DNA of 44,506 nt from a virus (Duplodnaviria > Caudoviricetes): positions 1-44,506 of the IMG/VR virus record IMGVR_UViG_3300011423_000013; one strand, given 5' to 3'. Shown piece by piece: positions 36,698 to 44,506 of this stretch. A model generated the notes under the pieces. It saw only the letters and a list, made by a program, of their open reading frames with translations. It did no database searches and was not told the origin of the DNA. The stretch's first letter is position 1. Every line of letters starts with the position of its first letter. The translations under genes and the position numbers were made by a program.

Positions 36698-37180
36698 ATG
36701 CGTAAAGTTTTCGTTAACGGTAACCTTTCCCTCGTCCGCGTCCTTTCCCCCTTCGCGTATAAGGACCCGATTAAGACGCTCGATAAGTCGAACGAGGCCC
36801 GCGTTACCCTCGACGGCGTAAGGGTCTTTCGCTCGGCCGTTACCTCGGGCCGCGACGTTAAAAACGTAAACGGCGGACTAAAGTTTCATCTTTACTTCTA
36901 TAGTTCTAAGGACGCCGCCGAGGCCCGCGATACGTCGCGCCGCGAGTTCTTTCCTATTACGTCGGAGGAGTTTCGGGCGTATAAGGACGACCCGGCTTAT
37001 ACTATCGAGTTAGTTTCGGCGACGGGCCTCGAAAAGGCGGAAACGGAAGTACTACCCGACGGCGTAAACGAGGCCGTTCGTTCCGAGGAGGCGATTTTCG
37101 TTACCGTTTCGGAAACGGAAGTACTACCGGACGACGAGCCCGCGAACGAAGGTACTACCCGTAAGTCGCGTAGGAAATAA
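36698..37180 (+). CDS. Stand-alone hypothetical protein encoded almost without TG/CA dinucleotides
   Basis: Own promoter, leader GAGAGTAAAAAATG and terminator; 160 aa with no Gln, Trp, Cys or internal Met and only one His. Confidence 0.75.
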   Translation: MRKVFVNGNLSLVRVLSPFAYKDPIKTLDKSNEARVTLDGVRVFRSAVTSGRDVKNVNGGLKFHLYFYSSKDAAEARDTSRREFFPITSEEFRAYKDDPAYTIELVSATGLEKAETEVLPDGVNEAVRSEEAIFVTVSETEVLPDDEPANEGTTRKSRRK

Positions 37181-37186
37181 AAGTAC

Positions 37187-37208
37187 TACTACTCCCTAGG
37201 GAGTAGTA
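37187..37208. repeat. Perfect 22-bp palindrome
   Basis: TACTACTCCCTAGGGAGTAGTA is its own reverse complement. Confidence 0.85.
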
Positions 37209-37214
37209 CCTAAG

Positions 37215-37248
37215 TACCCGATAGGTAATCCCTATCGGGTATTTTTTT
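37215..37248 (+). terminator. Strong intrinsic terminator
   Basis: TACCCGATAGG-TAATC-CCTATCGGGTA followed by T7. Confidence 0.9.
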
Positions 37249-37419
37249 CGATAGGTGATAGCGAAAAGCTATCGCCGATTTTTCTTCATAGGAAAAATTA
37301 ATCGGCGGGGCGGGGTAGGGGGGATATGGGGGGTGGAGCGGCATACGCGTGCGGACATGAAATCGACACATGAAGGAATTCATGCAACCATGCACAGAAA
37401 ATTTCCATGCAACTGTGCC

Positions 37420-37450
37420 TTTACCTCCAGCGGAATCGCGCCTATAATAG
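37420..37450 (+). promoter_or_regulatory. Promoter of the packaging/structural operon
   Basis: TTTACC-N17-TATAATAG; the terS ATG is at 37455, close to the expected +1. Confidence 0.7.
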
Positions 37451-37454
37451 GGTC

Positions 37455-37874
37455 ATGGATGAGCCCAAACGCGACCCCGCACTCTCACATCTCTTGGACC
37501 AGATTGAGAATGGCCCCCCTATGTTACTTCAGGGACTCAATTTGGAGATGTCCCCTGAACTGACCCGGCTATTGGAGCGCGGGCTGATTGGGGATTCCCT
37601 CCCACCGGTGCTCAAGGACTCAAAGGCAGCTAAAGCCTTCCAGCAGGCCTTTGATATGATAGGTGGAGTACCAAGATTGGCCCTCTGGGCTGACCAAAAC
37701 CCGACCAAGTTCTACACCCTCTATAGCAAATTGGTCCCGGCCACTGCGGAAGTCAACACAAAGACCGATATTAAGGTCACAATCAGTTGGGCCTCCCCCG
37801 AGCGCCTGTCCTACGCACACGGTCCCATCGAGGACGTGGTCCCCAATCCTGAATCGGACGCTCCAAGTGCTTGA
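37455..37874 (+). CDS. terS: Terminase small subunit
   Basis: Directly upstream of and overlapping terL; AFDMIGGVPRLALWADQNPTKFYTLYSKLVP motif. Confidence 0.75.
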   Translation: MDEPKRDPALSHLLDQIENGPPMLLQGLNLEMSPELTRLLERGLIGDSLPPVLKDSKAAKAFQQAFDMIGGVPRLALWADQNPTKFYTLYSKLVPATAEVNTKTDIKVTISWASPERLSYAHGPIEDVVPNPESDAPSA

Positions 37875-39231
37875 GTATGTCCCTCGCCAGCAATTCCTCG
37901 GCTTTCACAACCGGAGGCACCGCTGGGCTGTCCTGAATACGCATCGGCGAGCAGGCAAAACTGTGGCTCTGACCAATGATTTGATCGTTGGGGCCCTCCA
38001 GAACCAACTCCGTAAGCCCCAACTAGCCTATATTGGCCCCACATTCACCCAGGCGAAGCGTATTGCGTGGCAATACCTCAAGGATTATGCTGAACCGTAC
38101 CTGGCCAAACCCCCCTCCGAGTCAGAACTCAAGATCACACTCCACGGTGAGCGGACGTTATATTGTCTCGGTGCCGACAATCCTGATTCACTCCGCGGAA
38201 TGTACCTTGATGGCGCGGTCATGGACGAGTACGCACTTTTTAGACCCTCTGTTTTCTCAACTATTATCCGGCCAGCCCTATCAGACAGGAACGGATGGGG
38301 AGTCTTCGCCTCTACACCAAGAGGCAAGAACCTGTTTTATAGCGAGTACAAGAAAGCAATCAAAAACCCCAAGGAATACTTCCAACTGACGCTGAAGGCG
38401 TCCATTTCGGGCCTGATTCACCCCCTTGAGCTGGAGGCCCTCCGCAAGGACATGGACCCGGAGGAATATGCGCAGGAGTACGAGTGTTCGTTTGATGCTG
38501 CTCTGAAAGGAGCCATCTATGCAGAAGAAATCAATCAAGTCTTTGCCGAGCAGCGGGTCAGACCTTCCCTATATGATCCCAATCTCTCAACTCATGTGGT
38601 ATTTGACCTGGGCTTCACAGATGCGACCGTCGCCATATATTGGCAAGAAGCACCAGACGGCACAATCCGAGTCGTCAACGTCGAAGTCACCAACGGAAAA
38701 GACATCTTCCACCACATCGACCGCATTATACAGTTCAAAGGTCAAGCTGACCTAGGTTCGGTCTGGCTCCCCCACGATGCCAAGGCCAAGAACCTCCAAA
38801 CGGGCAAGTCCATAATTGAGCAGTTCCTTGACAACGACATTCGGCCCCAGATCGTCCCCAATCACAAGGTTCGGGATCGGATTGCCGCCACACGCAACAT
38901 CTTCCCCCGTGTCCACTTTGACGAGGAAATCAGTGAGGACCTCCTGGAGGCCCTCAAGGGCTACCGCCGCGAGTGGGACGACAATCTGCTCATGTTCAAG
39001 GACATCCCGATGCACGACTGGTGCTCGGACTACGCAGACGCCTTCGGGTACATGGGTGTAGTTGCCGCCCCGAAATTCGGCAACTTGGGGACTGCTGATA
39101 TGTCCCCCGACGCGATCAGGGTACAGCAAGATCGCGCCAAGAAGCACAACGCGCCTGGCCAGTACACTATGGCCAACCTCTTTCAGGACTATGAGGACCG
39201 TCAGAAGGGTCTTCGCAGGAGAATCACATAA
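37867..39231 (+). CDS. terL: Terminase large subunit
   Basis: HRRAGKT Walker A, LRGMYLDGAVMDEY Walker B, STPRGKN, FDLGFTD nuclease motif and SDYADAFGY. Confidence 0.95.
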   Translation: MLEYVPRQQFLGFHNRRHRWAVLNTHRRAGKTVALTNDLIVGALQNQLRKPQLAYIGPTFTQAKRIAWQYLKDYAEPYLAKPPSESELKITLHGERTLYCLGADNPDSLRGMYLDGAVMDEYALFRPSVFSTIIRPALSDRNGWGVFASTPRGKNLFYSEYKKAIKNPKEYFQLTLKASISGLIHPLELEALRKDMDPEEYAQEYECSFDAALKGAIYAEEINQVFAEQRVRPSLYDPNLSTHVVFDLGFTDATVAIYWQEAPDGTIRVVNVEVTNGKDIFHHIDRIIQFKGQADLGSVWLPHDAKAKNLQTGKSIIEQFLDNDIRPQIVPNHKVRDRIAATRNIFPRVHFDEEISEDLLEALKGYRREWDDNLLMFKDIPMHDWCSDYADAFGYMGVVAAPKFGNLGTADMSPDAIRVQQDRAKKHNAPGQYTMANLFQDYEDRQKGLRRRIT

Positions 39232-41480
39232 TGGCCGATAATTCTGCTACCATAGAGTCCCTGAAGGACAAGAAGCTCACACCTTATGAGAGGTGGGAGG
39301 AAGAAATCAAGCAGGCCGAGCTTGAACTCAAGGAATTTCACAACCGTGGCAGAAAGGTTAACCGCAGGTTCCTGGATGAGCGTGATATGCTCGACTCGAA
39401 CAACAAGTGGTTCAATATCTACTATGCGAACACAAATATCATGGAGTCTGCGCTTTACGCGCAACTCCCGAAGCCTGCGGTCACACGGCGTTTCAAGGAT
39501 TACGAAGATGACACGGCTCGGGTTGCGGGGCTCATCATCGAGCGTTCCATCACACAAGACCTTGACGACCCTCGCGACACCTTTGACTCTACCATGCGAT
39601 GTGCTGTCCAGGACAGGCTTATCCCTGGTCTCGCTGCCGCTTGGCTTCGACTGGAGACTGACACTGCTGAAATACCCTATGATGGTGAGGGGGAAGCACC
39701 CAAAGACTACGAGCCGATGAAGAAGATCACGGACCAACGGGTCTGTGTCGACTACGTGTACTGGCAGGACTTCCTTTGGTCCCCATGCCGGGTCTGGGAA
39801 GAGCGCCGCTGGGTGGGCAAGAAGGTCTACATGGATCGCGATGCCCTGATCAAACGCTTCGGTGAGAAGGTGGGCAAGGTCGTCCCCCTGGACTTCAAAG
39901 TGGATGCCCTACCCTCCCATGGCTCGACCCCGGGCACCACCCCGAAGCATGAGGCCATCAAGAAGGCCTGCATCTACGAGATATGGGACAGGAACAAGAA
40001 GGAAGTAGTGTGGCTCTCCAAAGGCTACAAGCATATCCTGGACACCAAGCCAGACCCGCTGAAGCTGGTCGGCTTTGAGCCCTGCCCCCGGCCCATGCTG
40101 GCTAACATCACAACGTCCAATACTGTCCCCCGCCCTGACTACTACATGATCCAGGATCAGTACTCGGAGCTGGATACGGTCAATAACCGGGTGTCGATGC
40201 TGATCCAGGCCTGTAAGGTGGTGGGGGTCTATGACCAGTCCGCTACCGGCATCTCACGGATGCTGACGGAGGGCTTCGACAACCAGCTCATCCCGGTGGA
40301 TAACTGGGCGATGTTTGCCGAGAAGGGGGGCATCAAGGGTAACATAGACTGGCTCCCCCTCGACGTAGTGGTGGACGCCCTTACGCAACTGATCGCCAAT
40401 CGCGATCTAATCAAGGCGCAGATTTATGAGCTCACAGGGATCAGCGACATTGTACGAGGCGCTACCAAGGCCTCAGAAACACTCGGGGCGCAGGAAATCA
40501 AGTCCAAGTTCGCCTCTATCTCAATCAAAAAGCGTCAAGATGAGGTCGCCCGCTTCGCAGCAGACCTCCTTCGCATCAAAGCCGAAATCCAGGTCAAGCA
40601 TTTTGACCCGGAGATTCTGGTTGAAAAGAGCAACATAGTCGCCACCGGGGCCGCCAACTTTAAGTACATCGAACCGGCCATGAAGATGCTCCAGAAGGAT
40701 GAGGGCTTCGAGTGGCGCATCCAGATCACGGCTGACTCTATCGCCCAGGCAGACTACGCCATGGAGAAGGCTGACCGGCTGGAGTTTCTGACTGCTGTGA
40801 GTGCCTACCTAGAGAAGGCGGCCATGATGTTCCAATCCGTCCCAGGATCAGCGGAACTGCTCGTGGGAATGCTGAAGTGGGCTGTCTCGGGCTTCCGCAA
40901 TGCCTCTACCATCGAGGGTATGCTCGACAAGGAACTGGATCACCTGTCCAAGACCCCGCCGCCGCCCCCGCCGCCTGACCCGAACGCTCAAAAGATGGAG
41001 CTGGAGAAGGCCAAGATGGAGGGCAAGATGGAGCTGGACAAGAACAAGGCTCAAATCGACATCCAGAAGGGTCAGCAGGACCTGGAGCTCAAGAAGCAAC
41101 TGGGCGAAATGGAAATGCGCCTCAAGGAAATGGAGCTCAAGTTCAAGGAGCAGGAGCTTGGCCTGAAGGCCCAAGAGCACGAGATGAATATGCAATTCGC
41201 CGTGGCCGAGTCCGAGCGCAAGATGCAGACTGATGCCCAAGAGGCCCAGATGAATCTGGCCGCGAAGCACGAAGAGCACTCCATGGACCTGGAGCAATCG
41301 CGGGAAGACCACGCTATGCAACATGAGCAGGCCGAGCAGGACCATGAGATGCAGAGCAAGCAGGCCGCTGAGAGCCATAAGATGACGATGCAGCAGACGA
41401 AGGAAGCTGGCGCCATCAAGACCCAACAGATGAAGAAGGAAGCGGCTGCTAAGCCCAAGCCCAATGGAGCCAAGAAATGA
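39231..41480 (+). CDS. Portal protein (P22-like, with long C-terminal coiled-coil barrel)
   Basis: Follows terL; 749 aa; IYELTGISDIVRG; Gln/Glu/Met-rich helical tail. Confidence 0.85.
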   Translation: MADNSATIESLKDKKLTPYERWEEEIKQAELELKEFHNRGRKVNRRFLDERDMLDSNNKWFNIYYANTNIMESALYAQLPKPAVTRRFKDYEDDTARVAGLIIERSITQDLDDPRDTFDSTMRCAVQDRLIPGLAAAWLRLETDTAEIPYDGEGEAPKDYEPMKKITDQRVCVDYVYWQDFLWSPCRVWEERRWVGKKVYMDRDALIKRFGEKVGKVVPLDFKVDALPSHGSTPGTTPKHEAIKKACIYEIWDRNKKEVVWLSKGYKHILDTKPDPLKLVGFEPCPRPMLANITTSNTVPRPDYYMIQDQYSELDTVNNRVSMLIQACKVVGVYDQSATGISRMLTEGFDNQLIPVDNWAMFAEKGGIKGNIDWLPLDVVVDALTQLIANRDLIKAQIYELTGISDIVRGATKASETLGAQEIKSKFASISIKKRQDEVARFAADLLRIKAEIQVKHFDPEILVEKSNIVATGAANFKYIEPAMKMLQKDEGFEWRIQITADSIAQADYAMEKADRLEFLTAVSAYLEKAAMMFQSVPGSAELLVGMLKWAVSGFRNASTIEGMLDKELDHLSKTPPPPPPPDPNAQKMELEKAKMEGKMELDKNKAQIDIQKGQQDLELKKQLGEMEMRLKEMELKFKEQELGLKAQEHEMNMQFAVAESERKMQTDAQEAQMNLAAKHEEHSMDLEQSREDHAMQHEQAEQDHEMQSKQAAESHKMTMQQTKEAGAIKTQQMKKEAAAKPKPNGAKK

Positions 41481-41794
41481 GCAGAGAAACATGGGTGTAC
41501 CCCGATGATGGACCCCCGTACCGTAAAGGTGAGCGGCCTGACCGAGGCAGAACTGGACTTGTTATACTCCCAGACCTACCTGACTTTCAGTCCCCCATTG
41601 ACGGTAAAATGTACTCTGGACGAGCAGGGTTACGCGAGCATTGCGCTAGGCACAACGTTGTCCCTACCGCAGACCTCAAGGGATTACCCCCTATGCCTGC
41701 CGCTGGAGACCTACGCTCAACTGAGCAGAAGCGAGCCGATGCGGATCACCGTAAGCGGCATATCATCAACCAAGTCAGCAAATACGACAGGTGA
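41477..41794 (+). CDS. Conserved hypothetical protein
   Basis: ATGA overlap; FQSPIDGKMYSGRAGLREHCARHNV motif; sits between portal and scaffold. Confidence 0.7.
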   Translation: MSRETWVYPDDGPPYRKGERPDRGRTGLVILPDLPDFQSPIDGKMYSGRAGLREHCARHNVVPTADLKGLPPMPAAGDLRSTEQKRADADHRKRHIINQVSKYDR

Positions 41795-41797
41795 CCC

Positions 41798-42868
41798 ATG
41801 GGCGACGAAAATGAAGTTGTAGACCGGCGCACGGCTATTGAAGCCGCGTTCGTACACCAAGAGGCGGCGGAAGCTGCTGAAACCCCGGAGGCCGCTGCAC
41901 CGGCTCCGCCAACGGAGTCCGTAGAGTCCCCCGCGCCCGAGGCGAAAGCCGCTGAGCAGCAAGAGGAAGCCCCTGCGCAGAAGCCCGCAAAGGAAGCTAC
42001 CGCCGCGCCGCTTCCCGAGCAGCCTTCCTTTCCTGTGGACAAGGCTCCCCAGTCGTGGCGTGCGCCTGCCCGGGCCAAATGGGATAAGATGGACCCGGAG
42101 GTACGGCAGGAGGTGATGAAGCGGGAACGCGAAACCACCAAGGTCCTAGGGGAGACAGCCCAGGTCCGGCAGTTCGCTAATCAGTTCCAGCAGATCACTG
42201 CCCCCTACCAGGCGCGGATCGCCAGCCTGGGGCTAGACACCCTCGGTGCTGTCCACGAGCTTCTGAAGGGTGACTACCTCCTGGCTACGTCACCCAAGAC
42301 GCAGAAGGCTCAGCTGATGGCGAAGCTCATCACTGACTACGGCGTGGACATCATGGAGCTAGACTCGGCGCTGGCCGGGAAAGGCCCTGCTGACCCGGTG
42401 GACTCGCAGGTAGAGAAGCTGCTCCAGGAACGTCTGGCCCCCTTCCAGCAGTACATCGCGAATCAGCAGCGGCAAGCCCAGGAGTATGAGCAACACTCCC
42501 AGAAAGAGGTTAACCAGACCATCGAATCGATGGAGGACAATCCCAAATACCCCCATTTCGCTACTGTCCGGCTCGACATGGCAGACGCTATCGACCTGGC
42601 AGCGAAAAGAGGGCTTTACTTAACGCTTGATCAGGCCTATAATAGGGCTATTGCGATGAACCCAGAGGTAAGCGGCCAGGTAGCCGCCCAACAGCAAGCA
42701 GATGCCCGGAAGACCGCAGCCCAGCAAGCCAATGCTAAGGCTCAGCGAGCACTCGGAGCATCAGTTTCTGTAGGGGGCGCACCTAGTGGAGTACCGAGTG
42801 GGGCCTCAGGAGCAACTGATCGTAGGGCAACAATCGAGGCAGCGTTCGAGCAACTCTCAGGAAGATAG
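41798..42868 (+). CDS. Capsid scaffolding protein
   Basis: Acidic Pro/Ala N-terminus, APQSW, helical body, DRRxxIEAAF at both ends; upstream of the capsid gene. Confidence 0.8.
   Translation: MGDENEVVDRRTAIEAAFVHQEAAEAAETPEAAAPAPPTESVESPAPEAKAAEQQEEAPAQKPAKEATAAPLPEQPSFPVDKAPQSWRAPARAKWDKMDPEVRQEVMKRERETTKVLGETAQVRQFANQFQQITAPYQARIASLGLDTLGAVHELLKGDYLLATSPKTQKAQLMAKLITDYGVDIMELDSALAGKGPADPVDSQVEKLLQERLAPFQQYIANQQRQAQEYEQHSQKEVNQTIESMEDNPKYPHFATVRLDMADAIDLAAKRGLYLTLDQAYNRAIAMNPEVSGQVAAQQQADARKTAAQQANAKAQRALGASVSVGGAPSGVPSGASGATDRRATIEAAFEQLSGR
42615..42645 (+). promoter_or_regulatory. Internal promoter for the major capsid gene
   Basis: TTTACT-N17-TATAATAG inside the scaffold gene. Confidence 0.6.
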
Positions 42869-43000
42869 ATGTTAACCAATTTCATCCGTCGCATCCTCGG
42901 AGCAGTTCATTTCCCGCTGAAACCGACGCCGTTGACCGACATCGAACCTCAGGTCTATCAACCACCCGTGCCGCCTCCCCCGGCGCCACCTTCCTCATAG
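42869..43000 (+). CDS. Possible 43-aa Pro-rich peptide (not in the ORF track)
   Basis: ATG abuts the scaffold stop; MLTNFIRRILGAVHFPLKPTPLTDIEPQVYQPPVPPPPAPPSS; fills the gap to the capsid RBS. Confidence 0.4.
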   Translation: MLTNFIRRILGAVHFPLKPTPLTDIEPQVYQPPVPPPPAPPSS

Positions 43001-43009
43001 GAGCCAATC

Positions 43010-44020
43010 ATGGCATTCCCCAATAATGCGATTACCGACATCATCGCTACGACCATTCAGAGCCGCACCGGCCAGATCGCGGACAACGTGACGTCCAACA
43101 ACGCCCTGCTGACCAAGCTGAAGAAGCGCGGCAACATCAAGACGTTCTCGGGCGGCAACGTCATCATGCAAGAGCTGAGCTTCGCGTCCAACGGCAACGC
43201 CGGCTGGTACTCGGGCTATGAGACCCTGCCCATCGCGGCGCAGGACGTTCTGAGTGCAGCTCAGTTCGACATCAAGCAGGCTGCTTGCCCAGTGACGATC
43301 AGCGGACTGGAGCAACTCCAGAACGCGGGCAAGGAGCAGATCATTGACCTTCTGGACGCTCGGATGGAAGTTGCCGAGTCGTCCATGGCCAATCTGCTGT
43401 CGTCTGGACTGTACTCAGATGGTACTGCTGCCGGCGGCAAGCAGGTCGATGGCCTGAAGAAGCTGGTGGCCGCGGTCCCCACGAACATCGTTGGCGGCAT
43501 CGACCGCGCCACGTGGCTGTTCTGGAAGAATCAAGTCGTGAGCGCTGCTGGCGCCACGGCTGCGACCATCCAGGGCAAGTTCAATGAGATGTGGGCCAAG
43601 CTGGTTCGCGGCTCGGATCGCCCCGACCTGATCCTGGTGGACAACCTCACCTGGTCTCTCTACATGGCCTCCCTCCAGGCCATCCAGCGCTTCTCCGACA
43701 CCGAGACAGCCAAGCTGGGCTTCGTCAGCGTCAAGTACATGGACGCGGATGTGGTCCTCGACGGCGGCATGCAGATCAACTGGTCCTCCACCGGCGCTGC
43801 CGGCACGACCCCGGAATCTGTCCCAATCGGTGCCGGCAATGCGTACTTCCTCAACACGAAGTACATCCACTATCGTCCGCACTCCAGCCGGAACATGGTG
43901 CCTCTGTCCCCAGGTCAGCGCTACAGCGTGAACCAGGACGCGGCTGTCCAAATCCTGGCGTGGGCGGGCAACATGACGGCTTCTGGCCTCCAGTTCCAAG
44001 GCCGGATGACCTCCACCTAA
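43010..44020 (+). CDS. Major capsid protein
   Basis: AGGAG RBS, strongly biased codons, 336 aa; IADNVTSNNALL, YSGYETL, LYSDGT and YFLNTKYI. Confidence 0.9.
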   Translation: MAFPNNAITDIIATTIQSRTGQIADNVTSNNALLTKLKKRGNIKTFSGGNVIMQELSFASNGNAGWYSGYETLPIAAQDVLSAAQFDIKQAACPVTISGLEQLQNAGKEQIIDLLDARMEVAESSMANLLSSGLYSDGTAAGGKQVDGLKKLVAAVPTNIVGGIDRATWLFWKNQVVSAAGATAATIQGKFNEMWAKLVRGSDRPDLILVDNLTWSLYMASLQAIQRFSDTETAKLGFVSVKYMDADVVLDGGMQINWSSTGAAGTTPESVPIGAGNAYFLNTKYIHYRPHSSRNMVPLSPGQRYSVNQDAAVQILAWAGNMTASGLQFQGRMTST

Positions 44021-44029
44021 GGAACCGAC

Positions 44030-44269
44030 ATGGACCAAGCAGTCGTCACCAAACTGCTTCAGGACGCGAAGGCTCTGTACGATCTGGGGAAGTTCTCCAC
44101 CCTATATCAAGCAGAGTTCTTCTCGGCCATGGAAGAGCAGTTTCCACTACCGGCGCCATCGCCGCCGCCCGCGCCTGCGCCATCCCCTGAATCGGACAAC
44201 CTGTTCGAGGAAAGCGATGGCGTGGAATCAACCGCTACGGTGACTCCGGCCACCAGAAGGGGTAAGTAA
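44030..44269 (+). CDS. Hypothetical protein
   Basis: AAGGA RBS after the capsid gene; TAATG coupling to the next ORF. Confidence 0.6.
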   Translation: MDQAVVTKLLQDAKALYDLGKFSTLYQAEFFSAMEEQFPLPAPSPPPAPAPSPESDNLFEESDGVESTATVTPATRRGK

Positions 44270-44506
44270 TGAGCACCAATAACAGCGCAGCTGCTATCGG
44301 CTTCGACCAGGCAGTTACTCCCAAGCGGACGCCTTCAATCGGGCAATACGTTCAGGACCTGGGCGCCACTCCTGCGGGGACGGCTGATCCGGGGCCCACT
44401 GCTGACGGACCATACTTCGGCATCGTGGGCAACACGTCCTGGAACTACAATTGGCTAGGCGAAACTGTCGGCTTCACGGCACCATCCAATACCAATCTCA
44501 CGAACA
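44269..44506 (+). CDS. N-terminal part of a virion protein, truncated by the window end
   Basis: MSTNNSAAAIGFDQAVTPKRTPSIGQYVQDLG... stays open to the last base. Confidence 0.65.
   Translation, partial: MSTNNSAAAIGFDQAVTPKRTPSIGQYVQDLGATPAGTADPGPTADGPYFGIVGNTSWNYNWLGETVGFTAPSNTNLTN

Noticed and set aside
36590-37255. Island explained as chance, low complexity or simple horizontal transfer
   Set aside because: All four bases and other dinucleotides are well represented. The unit uses the phage's own promoter motif and a leader like that at 35851. Two occurrences against about 80 expected is far beyond chance.
1085-44231. Numerous antisense and alternate-frame ORFs over real genes
   Set aside because: Expected shadows of GC-rich coding sequence; no RBS or motifs.
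1-44506. Stop-codon reassignment, tRNAs, integrase/repressor, introns or inteins
   Set aside because: Genes are intact under the standard code and end in all three stops. I saw no cloverleaf, recombinase, repressor or splicing motifs.

Overview
The window looks like an essentially complete, circularly permuted genome of a lytic, podovirus-like tailed phage. I see no integrase, repressor, RNA polymerase, tRNA or CRISPR array. The + strand late arm runs terS-terL-portal-scaffold-major capsid (37455-44020) and wraps round to adaptor, nozzle, ejection proteins and tail fibre/appendage genes (1-17319). The - strand arm (17316-32770) holds exported small proteins, a probable Acb2/Tad1-type anti-defence protein, SNF2 helicase, nucleases and a family A DNA polymerase. 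It also holds a thymidine hypermodification pathway: dUMP hydroxymethylase, HD nucleotidase, P-loop kinase, 5hmdU DNA kinase, amino acid:DNA transferase and an extra SAM methyltransferase. A TOPRIM primase-helicase (32938-35106) precedes a repeat-rich control region. The most striking signal is a 666-bp transcription unit (36590-37255: promoter, 160-aa gene, terminator) containing only two TG/CA dinucleotides, flanked by TG/CA-rich blocks. TG is a reported target context for this class of modification, so this may be a deliberately unmodified island in a hypermodified genome. All family calls come from motif recognition by eye, not database searches, and all counts are manual.
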